Virus record (IMG/VR): IMGVR_UViG_3300027690_000096
Direction: 5' to 3' (one strand)
DNA length: 64,000 nucleotides
Origin: a virus
Shown here: one piece after another, positions 39,068 to 47,608 of the stretch
Numbering within the stretch: position 1 is the stretch's first letter
Layout: every line of letters begins with the position of its first letter
Program-made: the position numbers and the translations under genes
Notes under the pieces: model-generated
What the model was told of the DNA's origin: nothing
The model's database searches: none
Seen by the model: only the letters and a program-made list of their open reading frames with translations

Positions 39068-39602
39068 CCCCTGAGATTGTTTTAATTAAAAAGTATATGC
39101 CTAATATGACTAAGCCAAAAAAGATTGGATGGAACGTAAAACCCAAAACGAGACCTATTAAAATCAAAGCGATTGAGACAATTATAACTGCTTTGCTTTC
39201 TGTCCTTGAGCCTGCAAAGTCAACGCATCGGGCTTTTCCATCTGATTCAGTGCATCTGCCTTTGCCGAGATAATCTTCACAATTCTCGCTTCTTTGTTGC
39301 CATTCCATACCACTCATTGTCTGAAGGCATTGATAATATATCCTGATGTTTCCTGAACAATAATCGCCTGTCGAAGCGTATATATTAGAACATTCAGAGC
39401 CAGCGATTGACAGAGGCGAGGCAGATATATCAAGAGCAGGGAGTGATGATTTGCCATACACAGATAATAATACATTCGAGTCAAATGGATCAGACGGAGC
39501 TAATGGCTTATCAATCGCAAACACAAAAAAAGAAGCCAAAGCTAACAAGGTCATGAACAATATTGATTTTTTGAGTTTATTTTTAGATATTATTTTTATC
39601 AC
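39060..39602 (-). CDS. Cys-rich protein with signal peptide and C-terminal TM hairpin
   Basis: ORF track; hydropathy read by eye. Confidence 0.7.
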   Translation of the reverse strand: MIKIISKNKLKKSILFMTLLALASFFVFAIDKPLAPSDPFDSNVLLSVYGKSSLPALDISASPLSIAGSECSNIYASTGDYCSGNIRIYYQCLQTMSGMEWQQRSENCEDYLGKGRCTESDGKARCVDFAGSRTESKAVIIVSIALILIGLVLGFTFHPIFFGLVILGIYFLIKTISGGV

Positions 39603-39605
39603 CCT

Positions 39606-40886
39606 TTATTTGAACAATCCTGCTATCCATTGCATGAATCCGATTGACATAATCTTATCCCATAAGCTTGTTGATTCCTTCTGAGGCTTATAGATACAGC
39701 TACCTACATATTCGCATTTGTTATCTGCGCAACTGGAAGATACGCCTGTGCATCCAGGAGGGATGTAACAATCAGATGTTAATTTACATCCTACAATAGC
39801 CCTCTCAGAAGGATTCTCACAGATTCCAGTATTTGTATCATATGCTTCTCCGATATCGCATCTTAACTCAATATTTGGAGTATTTTTTGTTATATAGAAA
39901 ACCTTCCATTCTTCAGCAGGAGCAACAACCGCAGACTGACCTCTCACAATCTTCTGAAGGATTTCTCCCCTGATATCTGTCTTTATTCCATCAGCAGAAA
40001 AGCTTCTTGCTTTGATTGGATAATCAAGGCAAAACTTGACAGGCTCATAAGCAAGGCTTGATATGTTGACTATACTGTTCTCACTGAACGAATCAAACAC
40101 AAGGATTTCATCGTCTTCAATCTTGCAGTTATAAGGGATTTTGTATTTGACGTAATCAATATATGATTTTGCATTAGCTCCTATATCATAAGCATAACTT
40201 GCAGTTGGAGTTGGGATTCCACCGCTTAGAATGAATTTGATTCTACCATCTCCTTGAGCGTTTGATGTGTTTATAGTTTGATATTCTTCTCCATTTACCT
40301 TAATGAAATAAATCTCAGGATATTCAAAAGATGGTATTGCTTCAACTGAACATGTTCTTTTAGTGAAACCTACTCCGTCTGGATATCTGCAAGTATAAAC
40401 TACTAAATCATTGATAATAAGTGATGACGTAGAAGCAAAATAGGTGTCAGACCCACCAGTCCCCCAATAATTCTTTTCCGTCATTAACTGAGTTTTAATA
40501 GACATTCCTTGTGTTATATCAGAAGGTATTAAAACCAAATCTGATGATATATAATTAAAAGTTCCTACACCTGCATTTTTTCTCGTTACATATTTTGAAT
40601 AAGAAACCCATCCATCTGAAAAAGATATCCTATTAGGCTCATCAGCGACAGAATATCCGTTCCAATAACCTCCTGTGAAGTCAATGTCCCATATCTCATA
40701 GTCAAGATAACCTTTCTGGAAATCGTCGTATATGATATAATCGTCAGCTATGCCTATTGACAGCTTATCAGATATCTTTGAGCCGAAGATGAACAATAAA
40801 ATGATAGCTATAATTCCTAAAAGCATGACTGGGTTAAGAAAACCTTTTTTAAGTTTTGATTTTGTATTTATATTCAATATGTTCAC
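39606..40886 (-). CDS. Membrane-anchored structural protein with KKG prepilin-like N-terminus
   Basis: KLKKG/FLNPVMLLG; C-terminal Cys cluster. Confidence 0.7.
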   Translation of the reverse strand: MNILNINTKSKLKKGFLNPVMLLGIIAIILLFIFGSKISDKLSIGIADDYIIYDDFQKGYLDYEIWDIDFTGGYWNGYSVADEPNRISFSDGWVSYSKYVTRKNAGVGTFNYISSDLVLIPSDITQGMSIKTQLMTEKNYWGTGGSDTYFASTSSLIINDLVVYTCRYPDGVGFTKRTCSVEAIPSFEYPEIYFIKVNGEEYQTINTSNAQGDGRIKFILSGGIPTPTASYAYDIGANAKSYIDYVKYKIPYNCKIEDDEILVFDSFSENSIVNISSLAYEPVKFCLDYPIKARSFSADGIKTDIRGEILQKIVRGQSAVVAPAEEWKVFYITKNTPNIELRCDIGEAYDTNTGICENPSERAIVGCKLTSDCYIPPGCTGVSSSCADNKCEYVGSCIYKPQKESTSLWDKIMSIGFMQWIAGLFK

Positions 40887-41758
40887 TTAAACCACCCCAT
40901 GAAAAAGCTTTTTATGGATTCCAATAATCTAACAAGTCTGCCTTTGCCTTCATTGTTCACGTTGTCAGGTATGTCCATGACAACCTCGTATTTGGTTTTT
41001 ATCGGCGAATCCTGTCTGATTGTAATCTTTTGGTCTGCATCAATTATTATGTAAGGCTGAATCTCAAGATCAGCTTTGCCGAGTTCAGAGGAATCAGGAG
41101 ATATCAGATAATTATTTGAGCCTTTGTTAAGTTTCATCGGAACAGCTACCCAGCCCTCGCCTCTCTCAAGAAGGTAATGTTTCTGCCTTACCCAGAGTCC
41201 AGCATGTTCTGAGTCAAAGTTTGCTAGATTGTTGTTTATCGTAGCAAGGAAATCCTTATCGCTGTTCAACGCAACATAATAAGGAGCATCATCAAATTGT
41301 GAGCTTAGGATATAAGATGTCTTGACAATGAAGTTATATGTGACTTGCCAATCTTTGTCTAAATAACCTCCTGCGATTCCGCTATCGTTACCGAATATGA
41401 CCTTTCCTTTAGGATTCATCGTCACAGAAAGATAATCGTTTATCTTAGTGTTTTGTCCTGCAATGAGTGTATAAGACTTTCCGTCGAATTTGATTTCTGT
41501 CTTCCAGCAATCAGTCCCGGGTTCAGGGTATATAACTCTTTTCTCACCTATGTCACCGCAGGTGTATTTGAGAGATGAAGAAGTGAATGATTTATCGCCT
41601 ATCATCAAAGGAGAAGCTGAAGAATAATGAGTGAATGAGAATGATGTTTCGTCTGAGAAAACTGAAAGTTTGTTTGCGCCTGACCCAAGCATAAACAGAG
41701 CAAAAGCTATAACTAAAATAATAAAAAAATAATTTAAATATCCTTTTTTTGAGTTCAT
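40883..41758 (-). CDS. Membrane-anchored structural protein with KKG prepilin-like N-terminus
   Basis: MNSKKG/YLNYFFIIL. Confidence 0.7.
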   Translation of the reverse strand: MNSKKGYLNYFFIILVIAFALFMLGSGANKLSVFSDETSFSFTHYSSASPLMIGDKSFTSSSLKYTCGDIGEKRVIYPEPGTDCWKTEIKFDGKSYTLIAGQNTKINDYLSVTMNPKGKVIFGNDSGIAGGYLDKDWQVTYNFIVKTSYILSSQFDDAPYYVALNSDKDFLATINNNLANFDSEHAGLWVRQKHYLLERGEGWVAVPMKLNKGSNNYLISPDSSELGKADLEIQPYIIIDADQKITIRQDSPIKTKYEVVMDIPDNVNNEGKGRLVRLLESIKSFFMGWFK

Positions 41759-41774
41759 GGTTTTAGACTTTATC

Positions 41775-42068
41775 TTATCCTCTGATAAAGCTTAATGCCT
41801 GCCAGTCGAGTGGGTTCCACATTACAAGCAGTGCTATTGCGATAAGGAATATTGCCATCTTTGCATTGACCATCCCCCTCATCATTCCTACTACAGCCCC
41901 AATTATAAGGACTCCACCTAGTATTTTGCCGAGCATGAAAAGAGAAGTGAACCATAATCCTAGTATGAAAACACCAATAAGTGCCCATATCCATGGATTC
42001 ATAAGCAGTCCAATTAACTGGAAAGCTCCTCTTTTGCTGGCGAACATTTGCCTATTTATTTTATTCAT
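41775..42068 (-). CDS. Small multi-TM protein with KRG prepilin-like N-terminus
   Basis: ASKRG/AFQLIGLL; three hydrophobic segments. Confidence 0.7.
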   Translation of the reverse strand: MNKINRQMFASKRGAFQLIGLLMNPWIWALIGVFILGLWFTSLFMLGKILGGVLIIGAVVGMMRGMVNAKMAIFLIAIALLVMWNPLDWQALSFIRG

Positions 42069-42077
42069 TTTATTAAA

Positions 42078-42221
42078 TCACCTCGCTATATTTTCGATTT
42101 GTTTTTGATTGGATTTGCTAAGACTCAATTGAGTTTGTGGTGTGAGAGCTTTCCCACAATGCCAACAGAATAATAATGGCGCAGTATTCAATGTTCCGCA
42201 ATTGTTACAATACCTATTCAT
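42078..42221 (-). CDS. 47-aa zinc-ribbon protein (not in ORF track)
   Basis: Hand translation MNRYCNNCGTLNTAPLLFCWHCGKALT... Confidence 0.6.
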   Translation of the reverse strand: MNRYCNNCGTLNTAPLLFCWHCGKALTPQTQLSLSKSNQKQIENIAR

Positions 42222-42251
42222 GTTTATCTACCCATTTGGTTTTTGTTATAT

Positions 42252-42677
42252 TCAAAAGTTATGTTTTCTTAAGACATTCCACCACAACCACAGATAACCG
42301 ATTGCGAAAGCAAATACTAAAAAATATGCAATCGCAAGAGCCCATCCGAATGAAAGGCTCCATGAAGACTCAAGCAATCTCCCGAGAGGGAATGCAAACA
42401 ATGTCTCGATGTCAAATCCGTATGGGGGGGTCACGATATCAATTGATAGGATAAATAATATCCAACCAATGATCTTAACGATGAATCCTATGTTGAGGAT
42501 GTATGAAATGATGGTCAGCAAAGAAAGACCGACCAAAAAATGTGTTACAGCCTTGTATGCTCCTCTTATACTGCCCCAGATAACTGCTGGGACATTCATA
42601 AGATTAAATCCTGTTGTTGTAAATATATTGACTCCTGCATAAGCAAGAATCATCAGCAAGAGGATTGTGAAGAGCAT
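42252..42677 (-). CDS. Multi-pass membrane protein
   Basis: About four hydrophobic segments. Confidence 0.65.
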   Translation of the reverse strand: MLFTILLLMILAYAGVNIFTTTGFNLMNVPAVIWGSIRGAYKAVTHFLVGLSLLTIISYILNIGFIVKIIGWILFILSIDIVTPPYGFDIETLFAFPLGRLLESSWSLSFGWALAIAYFLVFAFAIGYLWLWWNVLRKHNF

Positions 42678-42713
42678 TTTATATCAAGTATATCTCGTAT
42701 ATCAGGCTCAGGC

Positions 42714-44114
42714 TCATATCAAATATTGCCATATCAAGAGCAGTATTCCGATTACGAAAGCTCCTATTCCTACAGGCAAGCCTCCTAATGCGACTAAGAC
42801 AATTCCTAATATGACTGCCATCCAGCCGAAGATTATCCATAACATACTGCTTCCAGAGGTTAGGACATTACCTACCCCTACTGTAGCAACTTTCTGATAA
42901 TCTGGTATCGGACCGACAAGCTGATATTCGTTATGGTTCTCAAGTTGTTCATTAGTAAGGTCTTTATAGCATTTGTGCCTTGTTAAAAAATATACGTCAA
43001 ACTGCCCGTCACCGAGTATTGATTTTGGGACTTGAAGCTGTATGACTGATGTCTCTCCTTTCTTAAGCATGAATTGTTTATGCACATTCTCAGGATGTGT
43101 CGGGTCGCATGTCATCTGGCTTGAGATAAATGCAAAGTGAGGTTTGCCTTTTGGAACGACCTGCATTTCAAGGATATAAGTATCAATCATGTCATCGCCA
43201 GTGTTAGTGAACTCTGCTCGACCTATTACCTGTTCGGATGTTGGATCATAGTAAGCAGTTGTAGCTTTTGAGATTATGTTAGCTGAAGCTGATGGATTGA
43301 CTGCTCCTCCTCCTGAACCACTGCCTGAACCACCAGAACTTGAACAAGCGCCTACATCGACCCATTTACCAGTCTTACCTTCACATTGATAATTCCTGTC
43401 ATTAATGCACTCTTTACTTCCTGCATCGCCTGTTGGATGAAAGCAGTTTAGTGTGCAATCCTGATAATCTTTGTATGTCTCGCATGATTCAGTTGTTATC
43501 GTTCGGCTCTGTTTACCATCTGTGCAAGTGCCCCAGTTGGTTGACTTATAATCGCATGTATCAACTCCTGTGCATGTTGTCCAAGGGATGCATCTCTCAG
43601 TCTCAATACTTGACGGAGCGTTCTGACATGTCCTTACCCTGAGCATTTCGTCATCATCGCAGACTGCATATTTGCCACTTTTACCACAGCCCTTGGATGC
43701 AAAGTCTGAACATGTGTATTGAACAGTATAACAATTATACCTTTGCCAGTATGCAGCATTAGACGGAGCAGCTTTTGTGTTCTCGCCAGGATTAAGTGTA
43801 TCTTCACGGATAACTCTCCAGCTTGAGTCAAAGAACAGAACAACACAACCAGTCATGTCATCTGTAACCCCTGTCGGACCCGTGCACCAAACCCTGTAAC
43901 CTAAGTCAATTGAGGGTGTGCCCTGGTCATCTGGCAAATCTTGGCAGAGTCCGCCTTGGAAAACCCTAAGCTCTTTTGCAAGGCTTACAAAATTGCTATA
44001 CCTATCATCAGATGTTATTGGCAGATTGCCCTGCTGTGTTGCGTATGCAATAGATGATATTATCATCAGCATAGCTATAGCAAATATCAGTTTGATTGAA
44101 TTTTTTGTTTTCAT
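42714..44114 (-). CDS. Secreted Cys-rich protein (TSP1-like repeats) with Gly/Ser linker and C-terminal TM hairpin
   Basis: WGTCTDGKQSRTIT, CDDDEMLRVRTC, SSSGGSGSGSGGG. Confidence 0.75.
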   Translation of the reverse strand: MKTKNSIKLIFAIAMLMIISSIAYATQQGNLPITSDDRYSNFVSLAKELRVFQGGLCQDLPDDQGTPSIDLGYRVWCTGPTGVTDDMTGCVVLFFDSSWRVIREDTLNPGENTKAAPSNAAYWQRYNCYTVQYTCSDFASKGCGKSGKYAVCDDDEMLRVRTCQNAPSSIETERCIPWTTCTGVDTCDYKSTNWGTCTDGKQSRTITTESCETYKDYQDCTLNCFHPTGDAGSKECINDRNYQCEGKTGKWVDVGACSSSGGSGSGSGGGAVNPSASANIISKATTAYYDPTSEQVIGRAEFTNTGDDMIDTYILEMQVVPKGKPHFAFISSQMTCDPTHPENVHKQFMLKKGETSVIQLQVPKSILGDGQFDVYFLTRHKCYKDLTNEQLENHNEYQLVGPIPDYQKVATVGVGNVLTSGSSMLWIIFGWMAVILGIVLVALGGLPVGIGAFVIGILLLIWQYLI

Positions 44115-44148
44115 GTTTAAATAAACCTCCTTAGCCTATCTTATTATT

Positions 44149-44715
44149 CTAACTGGCAGACCATTTGCCATCTCTGAACGATACATATTTGTTTATGACT
44201 TTTTCTTGGTCATCTTCATAAACATAAGCGACAAGCTGACCATCGAAATCGTCTATCATGTTATCGCAATTGTTATCTGGTAGCTTGAAATCAAGCACAT
44301 AATTCTTACGCTGAATTTCGTCACCGCCTGGATGATTATCTTTACCTGAATCGCAATCGACCTCGTTATTTGTTCGGGTATTAACAAGGCAGACTTTCCA
44401 TTCATAATCTTGATTGAATACTCCTAATAGTGAATATTCCCTTACTTCTGATACGGATATTTTTACTGGTTCAGGAGAAACACCCCAGAAAGCTGTATCA
44501 GAAACATCAAGAGTTCCAGCAATCCTCACGCCAATGTTCTTTGGCTTACATCCATTTTGAGATGGTGTTAAACTGTCTATAACAGAACCGCCTGATACAT
44601 TGTTTACAAGGATTACTGCTAATACTCCGAAGACTACAATGCCAGCCATGATTGCTGCAATGTGAATCATTCCTTTGTTTGTTTTTGTTAATTGATTAAG
44701 ATTATTTCTTGTCAT
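44149..44715 (-). CDS. Membrane-anchored protein with NKG prepilin-like N-terminus
   Basis: TNKG/MIHIAAIMAGIVV. Confidence 0.7.
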   Translation of the reverse strand: MTRNNLNQLTKTNKGMIHIAAIMAGIVVFGVLAVILVNNVSGGSVIDSLTPSQNGCKPKNIGVRIAGTLDVSDTAFWGVSPEPVKISVSEVREYSLLGVFNQDYEWKVCLVNTRTNNEVDCDSGKDNHPGGDEIQRKNYVLDFKLPDNNCDNMIDDFDGQLVAYVYEDDQEKVINKYVSFRDGKWSAS

Positions 44716-44759
44716 GTTACCACCTTGATTTAGTTTTTTTTGTGTGATTTATTTTATTT

Positions 44760-45539
44760 TTATATCGCTATCGAGAGGCTCTCTTGTGATGTAAGCCACC
44801 CATTCCATCCGCCGTGAGCTGTGTCCATTGCGGTTGTATCTTTGCCTGTCATGTAATACGATGATATCCAAAGAACCATTATCATAGAAGCCCACCATAT
44901 AAGTTTCCATACAACGCTATATGCGATGATATGAAAAAGACCAAATGTGATTGATGTGATTAAGATTGGAAGCATGAGTGAAAGAGGAGCTATCATGCCT
45001 AATATTGGGATAAGTGATAAGACAACCTGCAATGCGCCTTTGGATAATAATAATATACTAAGCCATGCAATGAACATCCTGTTTTCAATGAATCCGAGAG
45101 ATAATGATATCGCTGGAGCGAACTGAGCTGTGATCCATGCTGAAAAGCCTGCGCCTGTGACGGATAGAGGAGCAACTCCTAAGAATTGTCCTTTTGTTGA
45201 CGATATTATCGCCATTACAGATAAGATGATTAAACCTATTACTATGCTCAACAGATGATATCTTAATCCTTTTACAACACCTCCTGTCTTAAGACCGTTT
45301 GTGTCCATAGAGGTTGCGTTTGTCTGCAATTGATTTCCGAGATTGGCTCTTACCGCCATGAAGAAAACAATACCTAAAGGATAGAATATCTTCTGGATTG
45401 TTGTCATATCAAAAGCTATAAGCCCCCACATGTAAAACATGAAAAGAATACCCGAGCTTAGAAGTGGATGAATTGCATCAGCTACAAGCAGAAGAGCAAA
45501 AACTGATATTGCAATTATTAATGATAGTGTAAATGACAT
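44760..45539 (-). CDS. CPBP/Abi (Rce1-like) intramembrane protease-like protein
   Basis: Multi-TM; IENRMF (variant of EExxxR), FGLFH (FxxxH), HGGWN (HxxxN). Confidence 0.65.
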   Translation of the reverse strand: MSFTLSLIIAISVFALLLVADAIHPLLSSGILFMFYMWGLIAFDMTTIQKIFYPLGIVFFMAVRANLGNQLQTNATSMDTNGLKTGGVVKGLRYHLLSIVIGLIILSVMAIISSTKGQFLGVAPLSVTGAGFSAWITAQFAPAISLSLGFIENRMFIAWLSILLLSKGALQVVLSLIPILGMIAPLSLMLPILITSITFGLFHIIAYSVVWKLIWWASMIMVLWISSYYMTGKDTTAMDTAHGGWNGWLTSQESLSIAI

Positions 45540-45658
45540 TGACTTCCAGCCTCCATTGGTTTGTTTTTATAGATAGGATGTTTACGATTTAATGAATGAT
45601 TAGCAAACTATCTAATGATATTAATTTTAAAATAAAAAATAAAAAATGGCTGGTAGCC

Positions 45659-46726
45659 TTAAGCCTGGTAATAAATCGCTGTGGTGTTGCCCTGAGAGAT
45701 TACATTATTGTCTTCATCATATATTCCAGTTATGATTGTAAGCTCATCTGCATCAAGGTCTTTATTGATTGGATACCAATGGACTTTCACGTTACCTTGG
45801 TCTTCTTCAGAGGTTGCTGAAGTCATCTTCACATCAAAGCAGATTTCAACTTTTTTACCGTTGCATAGCTCACCGCTGTATTTCATCAGCTTATACTGAT
45901 CCATGTCAAGACCTGTTGCGCTGTGGTTTGTATCGTGCGCTGCAAAGAATGATGAGTCAGTGTTCACAAGGTCGCTTGAGCTAATCTGTGAAACATAGGT
46001 TGCATCATACTCGAAAGCTACAATCGCTCCATACCTTGAAGAACATGCTTCAGTTGGTGCTTTTACAGTTATGCAAGGTGTGTATGTTTCAGACCCGTCG
46101 GCAAGTTGGTGATTTGCGTCGCTGTTTGATGTTACGCCATTATCATTCACAATCGTTAATGTTGGCGCGCTTGCTGGCTTAAGCATTGGCTGGATGTCAA
46201 CATCTGAACATACGGTTGAGAACTCAATCTCTTCAGCGAAATAGCTGGATATTGGAGTTCCTAAGTTGTTTCCTGCTAGAGCTTTATATTTAGAAAGAAC
46301 ATCAGCTTTTGTTGTGGTTGCATCGTCTGCTACAGTCTTCAATACAAAATTGTCATCGCCAATCTTACTATAGATTGTGAGTGTATTGTTTGGGTCTGTG
46401 CCAGCCTTGTAAGCGTTTATGTCGTTGTATAGAGCATAGACTGAAGCAATTCCATCGCATGAAAGAGCATCCTTAACTGCTGGTGTTACAGAAGAATCTA
46501 TTAATTTTTCACCGCTAGGGGTTGTAACTTTTAGTTGAGGAGCAGGGGCTTCTTCGCCATCTGACTCGCCATCTGACATAAAATGTTGATAAGCTCCATA
46601 TCCAAGTATTCCTACACCTACTAATGCAAGAAGAGGAATTATTGCTGCTGCAATTCCTTTTTTCTGTTTTATCAAAGCGTTTGTTGGCACGACTTCGATT
46701 TTTTTTATATTATGCAAAGTTTTCAT
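45659..46726 (-). CDS. Candidate major structural protein with KKG prepilin-like N-terminus
   Basis: First gene after a promoter with a strong AGGAGGA RBS; QKKG/IAAAIIPLL; beta-rich body. Confidence 0.55.
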   Translation of the reverse strand: MKTLHNIKKIEVVPTNALIKQKKGIAAAIIPLLALVGVGILGYGAYQHFMSDGESDGEEAPAPQLKVTTPSGEKLIDSSVTPAVKDALSCDGIASVYALYNDINAYKAGTDPNNTLTIYSKIGDDNFVLKTVADDATTTKADVLSKYKALAGNNLGTPISSYFAEEIEFSTVCSDVDIQPMLKPASAPTLTIVNDNGVTSNSDANHQLADGSETYTPCITVKAPTEACSSRYGAIVAFEYDATYVSQISSSDLVNTDSSFFAAHDTNHSATGLDMDQYKLMKYSGELCNGKKVEICFDVKMTSATSEEDQGNVKVHWYPINKDLDADELTIITGIYDEDNNVISQGNTTAIYYQA

Positions 46727-46782
46727 TTCTAAATCCTCCTGCGGGTCAAAGCCGCAACATGGATTAATATGATATAAGCTTG

Positions 46783-46823
46783 TTTATATACTAGAGGCTC
46801 AAAAGGTCACTTTTTGAGCCTCT
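46783..46823 (-). promoter_or_regulatory. TATA box with an adjacent 12-bp perfect inverted repeat
   Basis: TATATAAA on the - strand (46783-46790); AGAGGCTCAAAA-N7-TTTTGAGCCTCT (46793-46823). Confidence 0.55.
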
Positions 46824-47098
46824 CATTTAAATAAGGTTCTACTATTGAGTAATGAACAGCGAGAGGATGAGCAGATCCAATAGGTAGATTTTTGGAAGTT
46901 TTTTTGGTTACTTTTGTGCTTTCTTTTGCTTACTTTAGAAATATAATGCGGTCTCTTTTTGCTACTTTTACATTCTCTTTTGCTTACTTTTAGATATTTC
47001 TCAGATTTACTCAGAGGCGGATTTTGAAAGGATATCATTAAAAATATGCAAATAATATTATATGTTAGGATATAAAATATTGGCTTCGCCAATATATT

Positions 47099-47608
47099 TT
47101 ATGTTCGCGCAAGGCTAAGATAGATTGGAGCCTTAAGATAAGGAGGGCATTTAGGTAGATTTCTTTTTTTATTATATAAGCCTTGATTAATATTTATAAC
47201 TGAATTTAATACTTTTCTGTAGCCTTGTTCATCACGAATATCTATACAGAGTAAACCACTTATTATATAGACAGTATTAAGCAGAGTTGACCTAGAGATT
47301 TTCATATGCTTACTAATTTCATTATACATCTTTTCTAAAGTTACTTTACAATCCTTGCTTGGAAGATTATGCAGATATTTAGCAATCAAGATAATCCTTA
47401 AAGCCATCCTTTTATTTATATGAATAAAACTTACTGGCTCTCCTGATGAATCATATCTATACACTAATCTGAATTTGTTATGGATTGGTATTCTTGATTT
47501 TTTTTTACAATTGTTAATTGGATTAGTTTGGTCTGGATTATCCTGAATAGAATTATAATTTTCTTTAGATGTATCATAATGAAAATTTGTTGAGTCTTCT
47601 GTCATCAT
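47099..47608 (-). CDS. Winged-helix-like DNA-binding hypothetical protein
   Basis: VTLEKMYNEISKHMKISRSTLLNTV. Confidence 0.5.
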   Translation of the reverse strand: MMTEDSTNFHYDTSKENYNSIQDNPDQTNPINNCKKKSRIPIHNKFRLVYRYDSSGEPVSFIHINKRMALRIILIAKYLHNLPSKDCKVTLEKMYNEISKHMKISRSTLLNTVYIISGLLCIDIRDEQGYRKVLNSVININQGLYNKKRNLPKCPPYLKAPIYLSLART

